Shown in pieces: positions 18,288-28,938 of a DNA stretch of 64,000 bases. The notes below the pieces were generated by a model. It was not told the DNA's origin, searched no databases, and worked only from the letters and a program-made list of their open reading frames with translations. Numbering within the stretch: position 1 is the stretch's first letter; every line of letters starts with the position of its first letter. The translations under genes and the position numbers were made by a program. This DNA is from a virus (taxonomy: Duplodnaviria; Caudoviricetes), in the IMG/VR virus record IMGVR_UViG_3300041583_000371, positions 18,992-82,991 of that record, one strand, 5' to 3'.

Positions 18288-19341
18288 AAGAGCCCCAGTA
18301 TATGATATAACAGTAGCAGAAAATCATAACTTTTTTGCTAATGGCGTTTTAGTGCATAATTGCGCCGAAGTCGTACAGACCACAAAGCCAATGCAAAGTA
18401 TTAGTGATGTTGACGGACTAATATCATTGTGCACACTTGCTGCATATAATATGGGCAATATTAAAACGCCTGATGATTTTGAAAAACTTTCAAAAGTAGT
18501 TGTAAGGTTTTTAGATAATGTTTTGACATATCAGACTTATCTTCTACCATCCGCACTTTCATCAACATTGAAGTATCGTAACATTGGTATTGGAATATCG
18601 AATTTGGCATACTTTTTAGCCAAAAACAATTACAAATATACAGGCGAAGACACACCAAAATTCTTACATCCATATATGGAGGCAATGGGGTATTATACTA
18701 TTAAAGCGTCGGCTGAACTTGCCCAAGAAAGAGGTTCTTTTGATGCTTTTTCCACTACTAAATGGGCCAAAGGTAAATTGCCCATTGATACATATCGCAA
18801 AGCTGTTGATAGTATTGTAGAAAACGATTTGTTGCTTGACTGGAATGAATTACGCGAAATTACTAGCAAAGGCATGAGAAATGCTACAATACTGAGCTTG
18901 ATGCCTGTTGAAACTTCGAGTCAGTTGGTCAATGCTACTAATGGTGTTGAGCCGCCCCGTGGACTTATTTCTGTCAAGAATTCTAAGGATGGTTCTATGA
19001 AGCAAGTGGTCCCAGAGATTCAAAGGCTGAAAAATAAATATGATCTTTTGTGGGATCAAAAATCACCTACTGGTTATCTAAATATTATGGCCACGATACA
19101 AAAGTTTGTGGATCAATCTATTTCTACGAATACATCTTACAATCCCGAATTTTATCCAAGCAATGAAATTCCCCTTATGGTTATACTTGGTGATATGATT
19201 TATGCTTGTAAAATGGGAATTAAGACACTATACTATTGCAACACATATGATATGTCTGGTGAAGTAAAATTAGATGAGCCGCTATCTGAAAATGAAGTCA
19301 CAGACGGCGATGATGATTATTGTGAATCTTGCGTACTATAA
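18262..19341 (+). CDS. nrdA: split intein C-part (33 aa, 18262-18360) fused to nrdA C-terminal fragment
   Basis: VYDITV..NHNFFANGVLVHN|CAE; then LCTLA, MP.ETSS, NGVEP, DQSIS, KTLYY, terminal CESC. Confidence 0.93.
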   Translation: MAKVIKLNKRAPVYDITVAENHNFFANGVLVHNCAEVVQTTKPMQSISDVDGLISLCTLAAYNMGNIKTPDDFEKLSKVVVRFLDNVLTYQTYLLPSALSSTLKYRNIGIGISNLAYFLAKNNYKYTGEDTPKFLHPYMEAMGYYTIKASAELAQERGSFDAFSTTKWAKGKLPIDTYRKAVDSIVENDLLLDWNELREITSKGMRNATILSLMPVETSSQLVNATNGVEPPRGLISVKNSKDGSMKQVVPEIQRLKNKYDLLWDQKSPTGYLNIMATIQKFVDQSISTNTSYNPEFYPSNEIPLMVILGDMIYACKMGIKTLYYCNTYDMSGEVKLDEPLSENEVTDGDDDYCESCVL

Positions 19342-19363
19342 ATTTAAATAAAAGGAAAATATA

Positions 19364-20449
19364 ATGACACTAACAGTAGATTATACGGGCAGGGGGATGT
19401 TCCTTGATGGTTCTGTAGATATCGCAAGATACGATCAACCACAATTTCCTGCTCTTGATCGGTTTGTTAAACAACAAAGAGGATTCTTTTGGGTTCCAGA
19501 AGAAATCAATGACATCAATAAAGACAAAGAAGACTTTCGGAGTTTAACCGAGCATGAACAGCATATTTTTATTTCAAATTTGCTGCGTCAAACCCTTTTA
19601 GACAGTATTCAGGGACGCGCGCCTTCCGAAGTGTTTTCGCCAATTACCTCTGTACCTGAAGCAGAAATCTGGACACAGACTTGGGCATTTAGTGAAACTA
19701 TTCACTCTTACTCGTATACTTATATCATTCGCAATATATTTCCAAAACCAGATGAAATTTTTAGCAAAATGCCTAGTATCATGGAAATTGTAGATTGCTC
19801 AAATGACATTTCACATTATTATGACGATTTAGACAAATATAATAAATTAGTTTCTCTATATGGATATACCGATGGCCGAAACTTGCATGACCATAAAAAA
19901 CTGCTTTGGAAATGTATTATGTCAGTAAATATTCTCGAAGGCATTAGATTTTTTGTGTCTTTTGCATGTTCTTGGAATTTTGCCGAACGTAAACTTATGG
20001 AAGGCAATGCGAAAATTATTAAGTTGATTGCCAGAGATGAAAATCTACATTTAGGATCTACGCAATATATGTTAAGAGAGCTTGTACGTACTGATCCGGA
20101 ATTTGCGGATATTGCAAAAGAAACTGAACAAGAATGTATTGATATGTTCAAAGATGCAATTCTACAAGAAAAAGCATGGGCAAAATATCTATTCAAAGAA
20201 GGTTCTATGGTGGGCCTAAATGAAAATATTCTTTGTGATTATGTAGACTATATCGCAAAAGTTCGTATGAAAGCAGTAGGGCTTCCATGCGATATTGAAA
20301 TTTCGCAAAATCCACTACCTTGGACTTTGAAATGGATTGGCGGAAAAGAAATGCAGCCTGCGCCACAAGAAACAAATATAACATCTTATCGTATAGGTGG
20401 TATGAATACTGCGGTAGATAAAAGTGCTATGGGTAAATTTTCACTATAA
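19364..20449 (+). CDS. nrdB: ribonucleotide reductase beta subunit
   Basis: FFW.PEE, LDSIQGR, ETIHSYSY, EGIRFFVSF, RDENLH. Confidence 0.95.
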   Translation: MTLTVDYTGRGMFLDGSVDIARYDQPQFPALDRFVKQQRGFFWVPEEINDINKDKEDFRSLTEHEQHIFISNLLRQTLLDSIQGRAPSEVFSPITSVPEAEIWTQTWAFSETIHSYSYTYIIRNIFPKPDEIFSKMPSIMEIVDCSNDISHYYDDLDKYNKLVSLYGYTDGRNLHDHKKLLWKCIMSVNILEGIRFFVSFACSWNFAERKLMEGNAKIIKLIARDENLHLGSTQYMLRELVRTDPEFADIAKETEQECIDMFKDAILQEKAWAKYLFKEGSMVGLNENILCDYVDYIAKVRMKAVGLPCDIEISQNPLPWTLKWIGGKEMQPAPQETNITSYRIGGMNTAVDKSAMGKFSL

Positions 20450-20539
20450 AAAACCGAAAATCCTCTGTTTAGGGGGTTTTCATATACATTTTTTTATGAT
20501 AGAATATAAATTCATTCACAATCATAGGATTACATCAGT

Positions 20540-20707
20540 ATGTGGGAACTTTGGGTAGAGTATAGTTATGGCTGGACATGGCGGGTAATTGGTGCTGTAG
20601 AGCCTAATGACTTGCTTCAAAATATTATTGACGAAACGAATGATAATGATTTTATTTCAATGCGGGTGGTTTCAAAAAAAGAAGATAGACCAATCGTATT
20701 GAATTAA
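20540..20707 (+). CDS. 55-aa hypothetical protein (MWELWVEY...), not in ORF track
   Basis: manual translation; AGGA RBS. Confidence 0.45.
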   Translation: MWELWVEYSYGWTWRVIGAVEPNDLLQNIIDETNDNDFISMRVVSKKEDRPIVLN

Positions 20708-20852
20708 AAATACACCAACATCATTTTACCCCGATGGCACCAAGAATATTTTTGGTGGACACTATTGAAATTAATAAATCTGAAATTGGCGGGCATACTT
20801 GCCAATTTCTTTCTTGAATCTGTTATTATTATAGGCTATAATAGTCTTTGGT

Positions 20853-21332
20853 ATGAAAAAAGGGAAAAACATGAAAATAATTGGTATGGCTTTTATTGCC
20901 TTACTTTTATTTTGTAGTCAAACTTTATCACAAACATGTGACTATGAAAAAGAAATTAAAGTGCTTGCATTGAACATGTATCATGAGGCTCGTGGCGAGG
21001 GTCATGAGGGTCATGATGGTATGCAAATGGTTGGCGAAGTAACACTAAATAGAGTTGAGAATAAAAACTTCCCAGATAATATATGCGATGTTGTTTATCA
21101 ACGCAGTCAATTTTCTTGGACAAAAACAAAAAAAGACCACACACCATATAATGAAAAGCTTTGGGCCGAGTCACTTGAAATGGCCGAAAACCTTATTAAT
21201 GGCGAAGTAGAATATTTCAATAATGGCGCTACCCATTTTTTAAATCCAGACAAATTGAAGCGGATGCCTACATGGGCAATAAAGTTCGAAAAAGTTGGCA
21301 GGATCGGCAATCATATATTTTATGCTATGTGA
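20853..21332 (+). CDS. cell wall hydrolase, SleB/Hydrolase_2 family
   Basis: LALNMYHEARGE, V.LNRV, QFSW, IGNHIFY; signal peptide. Confidence 0.88.
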   Translation: MKKGKNMKIIGMAFIALLLFCSQTLSQTCDYEKEIKVLALNMYHEARGEGHEGHDGMQMVGEVTLNRVENKNFPDNICDVVYQRSQFSWTKTKKDHTPYNEKLWAESLEMAENLINGEVEYFNNGATHFLNPDKLKRMPTWAIKFEKVGRIGNHIFYAM

Positions 21333-21343
21333 AAGGATTTGTG

Positions 21344-21655
21344 ATGAATAAAAGAGTAAAAAAGACAAAATCAAGTATTGAGTTTTCAGATTATGAAGAT
21401 GATGAAATGATTGATGAGATCGTAGATAGAGGTTATAAAGTTTTTGACGAAAATTTATATGACCTTGATGATGATGTCATGGTCAAATTATTGAATGAAA
21501 GAGGTTCCTTTGTATACGATAGTGAAGAAGCCACGATATCTAATCACGAACTTAGTTTACTAAAAGATATTTTTGGAAATCCCAGATTAGGGTCTGAGGA
21601 ATCAAACCTTCAAGATAAGGTACTTTATATAATAGAGCAGCAGTTTAAATCTTGA
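21344..21655 (+). CDS. acidic hypothetical protein
   Basis: ORF; start adjusted to ATG after AAGGA. Confidence 0.5.
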   Translation: MNKRVKKTKSSIEFSDYEDDEMIDEIVDRGYKVFDENLYDLDDDVMVKLLNERGSFVYDSEEATISNHELSLLKDIFGNPRLGSEESNLQDKVLYIIEQQFKS

Positions 21656-21945
21656 TAGTCAACGTCAATAATAGATTATTTGAAACAAAATATTTCCCTT
21701 TTTTCAGAATAGAACAGACCGAAGATTTTGATATATATACCATAACCTACCCATCTGGATTCCAAGAAGAAATGGTAGTGTTTGACCAGAAAGATTATAT
21801 GAATTGTCTAAAATGTCATATGGGGTTTTTAATAAGTGAATACGCACTTGAAGAAGACGATATGCTAACGCCAAGAGCAATGAAATTAAAAAACGACATA
21901 TTAGACATGATAGAAGAAAGATCCGATAATGCAAAAAGAATTTAG
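21652..21945 (+). CDS. hypothetical protein
   Basis: ORF coupled to both neighbours. Confidence 0.5.
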   Translation: MIVNVNNRLFETKYFPFFRIEQTEDFDIYTITYPSGFQEEMVVFDQKDYMNCLKCHMGFLISEYALEEDDMLTPRAMKLKNDILDMIEERSDNAKRI

Positions 21946-22336
21946 AATTATTGTATGTGGTGGACGTGACTATGGTTGGGTGATAAACTCTAATCGCAAG
22001 AAAACCATGAATGCACAAGAAGTAAAGTTTATGTTTGATAGATTAGACATTCTGCGACAATCGGTAGAAGAATTAGGCAGAACACTTATTGTTATCCAAG
22101 GTGAAGCTGATGGCGCGGATTCTTGGGCAAAGAAATGGGCAGAAACTAACGACATTCTAAATATGGGATTCTCTGCCGATTGGGATACATATAAAAAAGC
22201 TGCAGGCGCAATTCGTAATAAGCAAATGCTGGCCGAAGGCAAACCAGATTTGGTAGTTGCTTTTAAAGGTGGTAAAGGTACATCCAACATGATTGAACAG
22301 TCAGAAAAGGCAAAAGTGCCAGTAAGGAAATACTAA
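21929..22336 (+). CDS. SLOG superfamily (DUF2493/YspA-like) protein
   Basis: IIVCGGRDY, G.A.GAD, AG.IRN.QML, GG.GT..M. Confidence 0.8.
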   Translation: MQKEFRIIVCGGRDYGWVINSNRKKTMNAQEVKFMFDRLDILRQSVEELGRTLIVIQGEADGADSWAKKWAETNDILNMGFSADWDTYKKAAGAIRNKQMLAEGKPDLVVAFKGGKGTSNMIEQSEKAKVPVRKY

Positions 22337-22594
22337 ATGACAAAAACCTTTACTACAATCTGTTGCATATCCTGTTCGAAAGTACTCGATAATTTAAATT
22401 ATGAAGGACAAGATGGAAAAGCAATTGAAGTACACCCGATGAATGGGTTGCACTTTAGAACTTATGGACATTACGGGTCCACTATATTCGATCCAATGGG
22501 CACAGGTGAAACACTTGACGTTGCTATTTGTGACGATTGCATCATGGAGAACCTTGATAAAGTTCGCGGTTCTGGAAAAATAGGGTTATCATAA
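22337..22594 (+). CDS. small CxxC-containing hypothetical protein
   Basis: CISC and CDDC pairs; GHYGS..FD. Confidence 0.55.
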   Translation: MTKTFTTICCISCSKVLDNLNYEGQDGKAIEVHPMNGLHFRTYGHYGSTIFDPMGTGETLDVAICDDCIMENLDKVRGSGKIGLS

Positions 22595-22798
22595 AATGAA
22601 AAATGGTTGGTTTGATTTGAAAACAGAACCCCCGACAGGAAAAGAATATGCAGTAATTCTTTTCCCTTGTAAAACCGATTGTGGCGTGTTATACACAATA
22701 AGAAATCGGTTTTACGCAAAGAGCAAATATGCATTGAAGGCTGGATATACGCATTGGTGCAATTTCGAATTATCACAAGATCATGATAAACTGGTTGC

Positions 22799-23206
22799 TT
22801 GGCAAGACAACTTAAATTAGAGGAATTTAATATCATTAAAATTGAATACATCCCAAGTTTTATTACAAGTTCGCCACTACCAAACGGCGAAAAAACTTAT
22901 GAGTTTTGCACTTTCGCTGAATTTAAAGATTGGGTACAATCTTATGTATGTATTCATTGTCTTGTAGATTTTGCGATGAGTAATAATCGTTCGCCAGAAA
23001 CCCTATCTGAATGGCTTGATATGGGTTGTGGTTGTGAAATTGATATTGAAGATGACACCAACCAAATTGATTGGGCATCAAAGATGACACAACCAAGTAA
23101 TTTAGAAGAAGAGTTATCTATGTTGAATGATGATTTTGGCATAGGCGACCAAGACATTAGCGTTTCTCTACCAGATGATGTGATTGATATGTTGAAGGAT
23201 GAATAA
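22799..23206 (+). CDS. hypothetical protein
   Basis: ORF in operon context. Confidence 0.5.
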   Translation: MARQLKLEEFNIIKIEYIPSFITSSPLPNGEKTYEFCTFAEFKDWVQSYVCIHCLVDFAMSNNRSPETLSEWLDMGCGCEIDIEDDTNQIDWASKMTQPSNLEEELSMLNDDFGIGDQDISVSLPDDVIDMLKDE

Positions 23207-23534
23207 AATGGTAAAATATCAAAAACCTGCGGAAGGTGTATTAAAAACTGATGCTTCTTGGGGTAACTCTTTGGTTTATCATGTTCGGTGCGATTGTGGT
23301 GACGAATATTGTTCGCATGAAGTTGAAATTGAAGCAGACAAAATGCATATCCAAGTACACACGCACCTTATCGTACATACCAGATGGTCGGGAAAAAGCC
23401 GATGGAAACAAATCTGGCAAATACTCACAAAAGGATATGCAGAAATGCAAAGTACAATTGTGATGAAAGAGCAAACTGCGTTAAATTATGCTGAAACTAT
23501 AAAAGTTGCAATAATTCAAAGCAAAAAACTATAA
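23199..23534 (+). CDS. hypothetical protein
   Basis: ORF with CDCG motif, coupled to neighbours. Confidence 0.55.
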   Translation: MNKMVKYQKPAEGVLKTDASWGNSLVYHVRCDCGDEYCSHEVEIEADKMHIQVHTHLIVHTRWSGKSRWKQIWQILTKGYAEMQSTIVMKEQTALNYAETIKVAIIQSKKL

Positions 23535-23956
23535 TGCAATTTTTTATTAAGATTAAGAAACACAAATGTTTTATCCTATTCAAAAGAAATTGGATAAATG
23601 TAAATAGCGAAATTATGGCAGGAGGCGGTGGCATTAAAGGATTCTGTATTTTGTTTACAGGTCTTGTAAAATGTTTATTTGGTGTACACAGGTTTCACAA
23701 GATTTTTCGTGTTAATAGCATGGATTTTAGTAACCAATGTAGATATTGTAGAAGTGAGTTTAAGATGCGCTATGCAATAATGATACCTTTTGAAGGTAGT
23801 TATATGTATGTAACAAAACTACCTATTGATGCCCATAGCAAAAATATTGAAGTTCATACATATAACACACTATATAAAGCTAAAGAAGCAGCACTTATTT
23901 GGGGTACGTTGGCAAAAGTTGTTGAGTATCCAGATACCACAAAGGAAATTATATGA
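23534..23956 (+). CDS. hypothetical protein
   Basis: ORF coupled to neighbours. Confidence 0.45.
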   Translation: MQFFIKIKKHKCFILFKRNWINVNSEIMAGGGGIKGFCILFTGLVKCLFGVHRFHKIFRVNSMDFSNQCRYCRSEFKMRYAIMIPFEGSYMYVTKLPIDAHSKNIEVHTYNTLYKAKEAALIWGTLAKVVEYPDTTKEII

Positions 23957-24768
23957 GAATTAATTATTGGAGTTGTAGCAAGTTTGCTGATAAAATTCGA
24001 GGCACTAAAAAAATTGAGTGTGGTACCGCCGATGAATGGGCATCTTGGGATAGAAATGCAAAAAACTTTAACAAATTTAGATTTTGGGTTGCTGAAGAAG
24101 CTCTTGACGGCATTCAAAATTTCGTAAATTGGCCCAAAGATAAGATTTATGCAGTAAAATATTATGTTGTGAATCGTTGGGTTGATGAGACACATGCTCT
24201 TGTTGCGCACAAAAAACATATCAAACGAGGGCAATATCTAGATTTTGATAGCAGGATTTTGATATGCTTATTTGATGAGCTCGTAGATTTTGTAGAAATC
24301 GAAATGGCATATTCTTATCATCGCTGGGATGAAGAAAAAATAAAGAAATTGTCTTGGTGGCAAGGTGGAATGTGGCGTACCAGAACATGGCGCAGTTCTG
24401 AATTTGGAATTAAGCATCTTCAATGGTCAATGTCATTAACTAACGAAGATTGGCTTGAAGACGATAAAAAGCACGAAGCAGTTCCTACTTCACAAGCAGA
24501 AAATGCTAAAGAAATACTACATCTTTACACATGGTGGACTGAAACATACCCCAATCGCCCAGAAGCGTATGATTTGAGTGGTTGGAGTGCATATTGTGAC
24601 GACAAGAGATCTAGAGGTGTAGGATTTCTGGAAACAGACCCCGAAGAAAACCATGAAAAAACTGATATGATGCTTGAAAATATCAATTCAATCGAAAAAT
24701 CATATGAAGATGAAGATACAGAAATGTTAATTCGTCTCATTAAAATTAGAAGGTCATTGTGGACATGA
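23953..24768 (+). CDS. Trp-rich phage hypothetical protein
   Basis: 271-aa ORF; LY.WW...RP and LI.IR..LWT ending. Confidence 0.65.
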   Translation: MRINYWSCSKFADKIRGTKKIECGTADEWASWDRNAKNFNKFRFWVAEEALDGIQNFVNWPKDKIYAVKYYVVNRWVDETHALVAHKKHIKRGQYLDFDSRILICLFDELVDFVEIEMAYSYHRWDEEKIKKLSWWQGGMWRTRTWRSSEFGIKHLQWSMSLTNEDWLEDDKKHEAVPTSQAENAKEILHLYTWWTETYPNRPEAYDLSGWSAYCDDKRSRGVGFLETDPEENHEKTDMMLENINSIEKSYEDEDTEMLIRLIKIRRSLWT

Positions 24769-25172
24769 AAATATTTTGGTTTGCCCTTGGGGTACTATTA
24801 CTTGGAATTGCATATTTGGGTGTTATCCTACCTGGGATTCCTTGGAGTACCCCTGCGGTGGGAGCAGCATATTGTTTTGCAAAATCCAGCACTAGGATGC
24901 ATAAATGGATTTACAGCCATAAATTGTTCGGTCCTTTCTTGATTGGATGGCAAGAAAAAAGAATCTTCCCATTGAAATTCAAGTTTTTTATGGTAGGAAC
25001 AATGTCAACTTCACTATTATTTCTGTGGTTTACTACAGGTAATGTATTTGCAGTAATGGGGTCTGGTGGGTTTATGTTGTTGGTCGGTATTTGGAGTTGG
25101 AGATACCCAAGTTCATATGATGAATACCAAAAAAGAGTAAAAAATCAAAAACGTATAGGATGGCTAAAGTAA
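24765..25172 (+). CDS. YbaN/DUF454 family inner-membrane protein
   Basis: LG..LPG.P......AAYCFAKSS.R.H.W...H.LFGP....W. Confidence 0.8.
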   Translation: MKIFWFALGVLLLGIAYLGVILPGIPWSTPAVGAAYCFAKSSTRMHKWIYSHKLFGPFLIGWQEKRIFPLKFKFFMVGTMSTSLLFLWFTTGNVFAVMGSGGFMLLVGIWSWRYPSSYDEYQKRVKNQKRIGWLK

Positions 25173-25296
25173 ATAAAAATCATACAATAAATACAGGTGT
25201 TGTGACATCAAACCACCTTCACTTTTGATGTTACATAAAGCCCATACTACTAATAATCAGTGGATCACATATCCGCGTAGAATTGAAGGAAAAATA

Positions 25297-25905
25297 ATGA
25301 ATAAAAAAGCATCAAAATTTGACTTGGCTGATATTTTTGGCAAGCAAACAAAACAAGATGATAAAAGTTTTTGCAAGCCTATTATGCATATACATGAATT
25401 TTACCTAAGTGGTGTCATAGAAACCGCAGATGAATATATCCCATGGTTTGACACAATTCGCCATGCTGGTTCTAATGATGCAATAAAAATATACATAAAT
25501 TCGTATGGTGGTGATATGAATACCGCAATTCAAATGTTGAGAGTTATCAACGAGACAGAAGCAACAGTAATTGCATCTATCGAAGGCGCATGTATGTCAG
25601 CAGCTACTATGATATTGTTGGCGGCAGACAATGTTGAGGTTTCGCCACACTCACAAATTATGTTTCACAACTATTCAGGCGGCACTATCGGCAAGGGCAG
25701 TGATATGCATTCGCAAATAGAGTTTGAAAGAAAATGGTCTATCAAACTAATGAATGATGTATATCAGGGGTTTCTATCAAAAGATGAAATCCAAAAACTT
25801 ATAGACGGAAGTGATATATGGATGGATGGCGATGAAGTTGTCAAGCGTCTCGAAGCAAAAAACAAAAAAGATAAACCAAAGTCCAAGAAAAAATCAGAAA
25901 AATAA
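25297..25905 (+). CDS. ClpP-like protease
   Basis: IYINSYGG, G.CMSAAT (Ser nucleophile), MFH, DIWM. Confidence 0.8.
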   Translation: MNKKASKFDLADIFGKQTKQDDKSFCKPIMHIHEFYLSGVIETADEYIPWFDTIRHAGSNDAIKIYINSYGGDMNTAIQMLRVINETEATVIASIEGACMSAATMILLAADNVEVSPHSQIMFHNYSGGTIGKGSDMHSQIEFERKWSIKLMNDVYQGFLSKDEIQKLIDGSDIWMDGDEVVKRLEAKNKKDKPKSKKKSEK

Positions 25906-26041
25906 ACTACAATTTTGATATGTTGTTTGTGTTAGTAGAATTAAATTCCAACCTTGCACAAACAACAACAAAAGATGTATATCCCCTATTGACAAGCCTC
26001 CCAAATTATCATATAACATAGATAAAGAAAAGGAGATATCA

Positions 26042-26296
26042 ATGCGTATCACTGCTGAAAATATGACTTCTATCGCAATCGGAACCAAAGTTGTTATGGT
26101 CTGGGGTGCATATTACCCAACAGAAGAAGGTCTCGTAGTTGATTACGAAATTATGCCACCTTCAAAATTCTTTCCGGCCAAATATATGGTTGTCGTAGAA
26201 GGTTCTAATGGTCAAATCCATGACACAACAGAATTTGTAAATTCTGGAGTCGGAATTTATCTCGAAAGTGTTTATATGCAACCCAGAAGCTACTAA
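26042..26296 (+). CDS. early hypothetical protein
   Basis: TTGACA-N17-TATAAC at 25989-26017 and AAGGAG RBS. Confidence 0.65.
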   Translation: MRITAENMTSIAIGTKVVMVWGAYYPTEEGLVVDYEIMPPSKFFPAKYMVVVEGSNGQIHDTTEFVNSGVGIYLESVYMQPRSY

Positions 26297-26309
26297 GGAG
26301 AATTTAAAA

Positions 26310-26852
26310 ATGACAAACCCAATTTGCACCGTGATGGTTGGTATGCCCGCGATGGGGAAGTCTACACAAGTTGATCTATTGAAAAAAATAGACCCAGATA
26401 TTTTTGTATACAGTACAGATAACTTCATCGAAGAAGCTGCCCTGCAATTCAATATTACTTATGATGAAGCGTTCGAAGCAAATATTAAAAATGCAACTTC
26501 GTCAATGAACGCACTTCTTGATATTGCTGCGCAAAACAAACAAAATATTATTTGGGACCAAACAAATTTAGCACTTGCCAAACGCAAAAAAATCATAAAT
26601 CGTATGAAACAGGCGAATTATGATATTCACTGTCATTGCATTGTTCCACCAGAAGTCAAAGACGTTGACAATTTACATGCTTGGAAATATCGCCTATTAA
26701 ATCGGATTGGCAAAACTATCCCCATTAACATATTGACAAGCATGTATAATTCTTATATTACCCCATCTATTGATGAGGGGTTTGATATGATTACTTTTGT
26801 CGATATGAATGGAACCTTATTGTCTACAAATCATATGGAGTTGCCTTTATGA
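26310..26852 (+). CDS. P-loop kinase (AAA_33/polynucleotide kinase-like)
   Basis: VGMPAMGKST, STD, IIWDQTN, EGFD. Confidence 0.75.
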   Translation: MTNPICTVMVGMPAMGKSTQVDLLKKIDPDIFVYSTDNFIEEAALQFNITYDEAFEANIKNATSSMNALLDIAAQNKQNIIWDQTNLALAKRKKIINRMKQANYDIHCHCIVPPEVKDVDNLHAWKYRLLNRIGKTIPINILTSMYNSYITPSIDEGFDMITFVDMNGTLLSTNHMELPL

Positions 26853-27169
26853 TGTATAATCCTGATAATTGGGTTGTTGTATATTTTAAAACCGAAAATC
26901 CACACTATAGGGTGGTAGCTGGATGGGGTGGTGGATACACAACAGGTAATAGTTGGAAAATGAGCTCTGGGATTGTTGGTGTTACAATAAACGAAGATAA
27001 GTTTACCTTTACTGGTTACAGTGATTCTACATACTTATGCCACAAAGACTCATATTGTTTTCGATTGAATAATGCCCATGTTTGGGATATGCTTGTAAAA
27101 AAACATGGCGATAATGTAGAAATTGTAGATGAATTTGTTGATTGGAAAAACATGGATTGGATTATATAA
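26849..27169 (+). CDS. hypothetical protein, paralog of 30323
   Basis: DNWV....PHYRV..G..GGY..G.SW. Confidence 0.65.
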   Translation: MMYNPDNWVVVYFKTENPHYRVVAGWGGGYTTGNSWKMSSGIVGVTINEDKFTFTGYSDSTYLCHKDSYCFRLNNAHVWDMLVKKHGDNVEIVDEFVDWKNMDWII

Positions 27170-27254
27170 TGTGGAGTAAAATACAAAATTAGTGCTTGCG
27201 CGGTACTACCATAAATGCTATAACTAACACACAGGTAAAACACAGGAGACGAAA

Positions 27255-27554
27255 GTGGGACGCATTATTACTCCAACCTACCGCGCCGAATACAGAGACC
27301 AAGCTGGATGGCATGTGATTGCGTGGAATGTCCGAGGCGGCGTCAACAGCACGGCGAACGGTGCACCGACTGATAAAAACGCAGAGATCATGCGCCGCAA
27401 TCTGAACGCCAGCTTTGAGCAGAACGGCTGTAACTATCACGCGTCGGTTGCAGCAGGATACCTCATCCATGTTAGTCAGGTTCGCCTAATCCATCAAGCA
27501 ACAGGCCAGCAAGTTGCCAATATCGCCGCGCCCATGTTCGAAATTTTTAACTAG
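27255..27554 (+). CDS. early hypothetical protein (GC-richer than surroundings)
   Basis: AGGAG RBS, GTG start. Confidence 0.65.
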   Translation: MGRIITPTYRAEYRDQAGWHVIAWNVRGGVNSTANGAPTDKNAEIMRRNLNASFEQNGCNYHASVAAGYLIHVSQVRLIHQATGQQVANIAAPMFEIFN

Positions 27555-28211
27555 TTATATGTGAAATACATGTTGGCTTACACACATTTTAGATATATAA
27601 AGTAATTCTAATGACAAATAAAGGAACACACCATGAAACTAACTTTTGGAATACTGCTTATTGTTTTTGTTGCGGTTATGCCGCTTGTACTGATTTGGGC
27701 GGTTAATACCCTATTCCCAGTTGCGGCTATTCCGTTCGTATTTGAGACTTGGTTGGCCGCGCTTGTAATCGGCGGTATGTTTAGTAAAAACACGGCTGTC
27801 AAGTAACAGTCTGACACCACCTACTGTGATGCTATTGTAAAACAAGTAGGTTAAATATATATCAAAGGAAACACGCTATGACATACTTTCTGATTATACT
27901 TATTACACATATTATTGTACTTGCAGTAGGTTATCTTTATGGGCGCAACAATGCGGAACCAGTTTTTGACTTACAAAACGAGAAAGATATTTGACATGGT
28001 TAATTTTTTACTTTTGTTGTTTGTCGTTTTTAGTATTGGCATGGCGGCTTTCACTTTTTCAAAATGTGGTTCGCGTACATTGATGCTAGGAAATGGTGTT
28101 TCTTATGCCGCATTTAGTGGTATGTGCGACAATTAAAACTAGATTGGTGCTTGACAAGATACGAATTATCAATTAATCTGTATTCATAATGTAACACAAA
28201 AGGAACGAAAC

Positions 28212-28553
28212 ATGTCTTACATCTCAAAAGAAATGAAGTCTGTCCGTATGCCAAACATCAAAGCCGTACTGAAAAAGTATGACATGAAAGGTACTGTTTC
28301 TACGCCTAAGAATTCTAAGATAGTCGTCACACTTACTTCAGGTAAGGTTAATATTGGCGAAAATGTAAATGTTTACAACATTGATTACAACTTTAAAGGT
28401 GTTGCAAAAGACTTTTTGAACGAACTTGTTGCCGCAATGAAAGGCAGCGATTGGTATGATAATTCCGAAGTCAATAGCGATTACTTTGATGTCGCCTTTT
28501 ATTACGGTATTGATGTAGGTAGGTGGCCTAAGAAATTCGTACTTACAGAGTAA
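28212..28553 (+). CDS. early hypothetical protein
   Basis: promoter at 28151; AAGGA RBS; DNS....DYFD motif. Confidence 0.7.
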   Translation: MSYISKEMKSVRMPNIKAVLKKYDMKGTVSTPKNSKIVVTLTSGKVNIGENVNVYNIDYNFKGVAKDFLNELVAAMKGSDWYDNSEVNSDYFDVAFYYGIDVGRWPKKFVLTE

Positions 28554-28581
28554 TTTTAACATGAAATTAATGAGGGCTTGA

Positions 28582-28938
28582 ATGTCAATTTCTAATAAAG
28601 AAATAATCCCATATGTAGTGCAAGATTGTTTAGTAATGAAATCGCTTGACAGTAGTGCAGAAAATTTAAAAGATGAAATTGATAATGTAGTTACATTAGC
28701 AAAATCAAAAGGAATGGTAAATGCTGGAACGTTTTATTTTTCCGCTTGCGAATTAAATGATGGCGAAATTGTAGCAAGGTATTATTATTACCGTAGTGAA
28801 ACCGACAAAGAACAAAGAAAAAGACTAAATGAAGAAATGAAAAGTAAGAATGCAGGTATCCTTATTGCTAAAACAAAAAAAGACAAAGAGTATGCCAATT
28901 ATTTGCGGTTGCATAAAAAGTTTGGTACAGACGAATGA
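28582..28938 (+). CDS. hypothetical protein
   Basis: R.ETD.E...R and Y.RL.KKFG C-terminus resembles 35155. Confidence 0.6.
   Translation: MSISNKEIIPYVVQDCLVMKSLDSSAENLKDEIDNVVTLAKSKGMVNAGTFYFSACELNDGEIVARYYYYRSETDKEQRKRLNEEMKSKNAGILIAKTKKDKEYANYLRLHKKFGTDE

Noticed and set aside
23534-23956. Possible artefactual fusion of two genes at ...SEFK/MRYA...
   Set aside because: The halves look unrelated, but no frameshift or clear internal RBS supports a split
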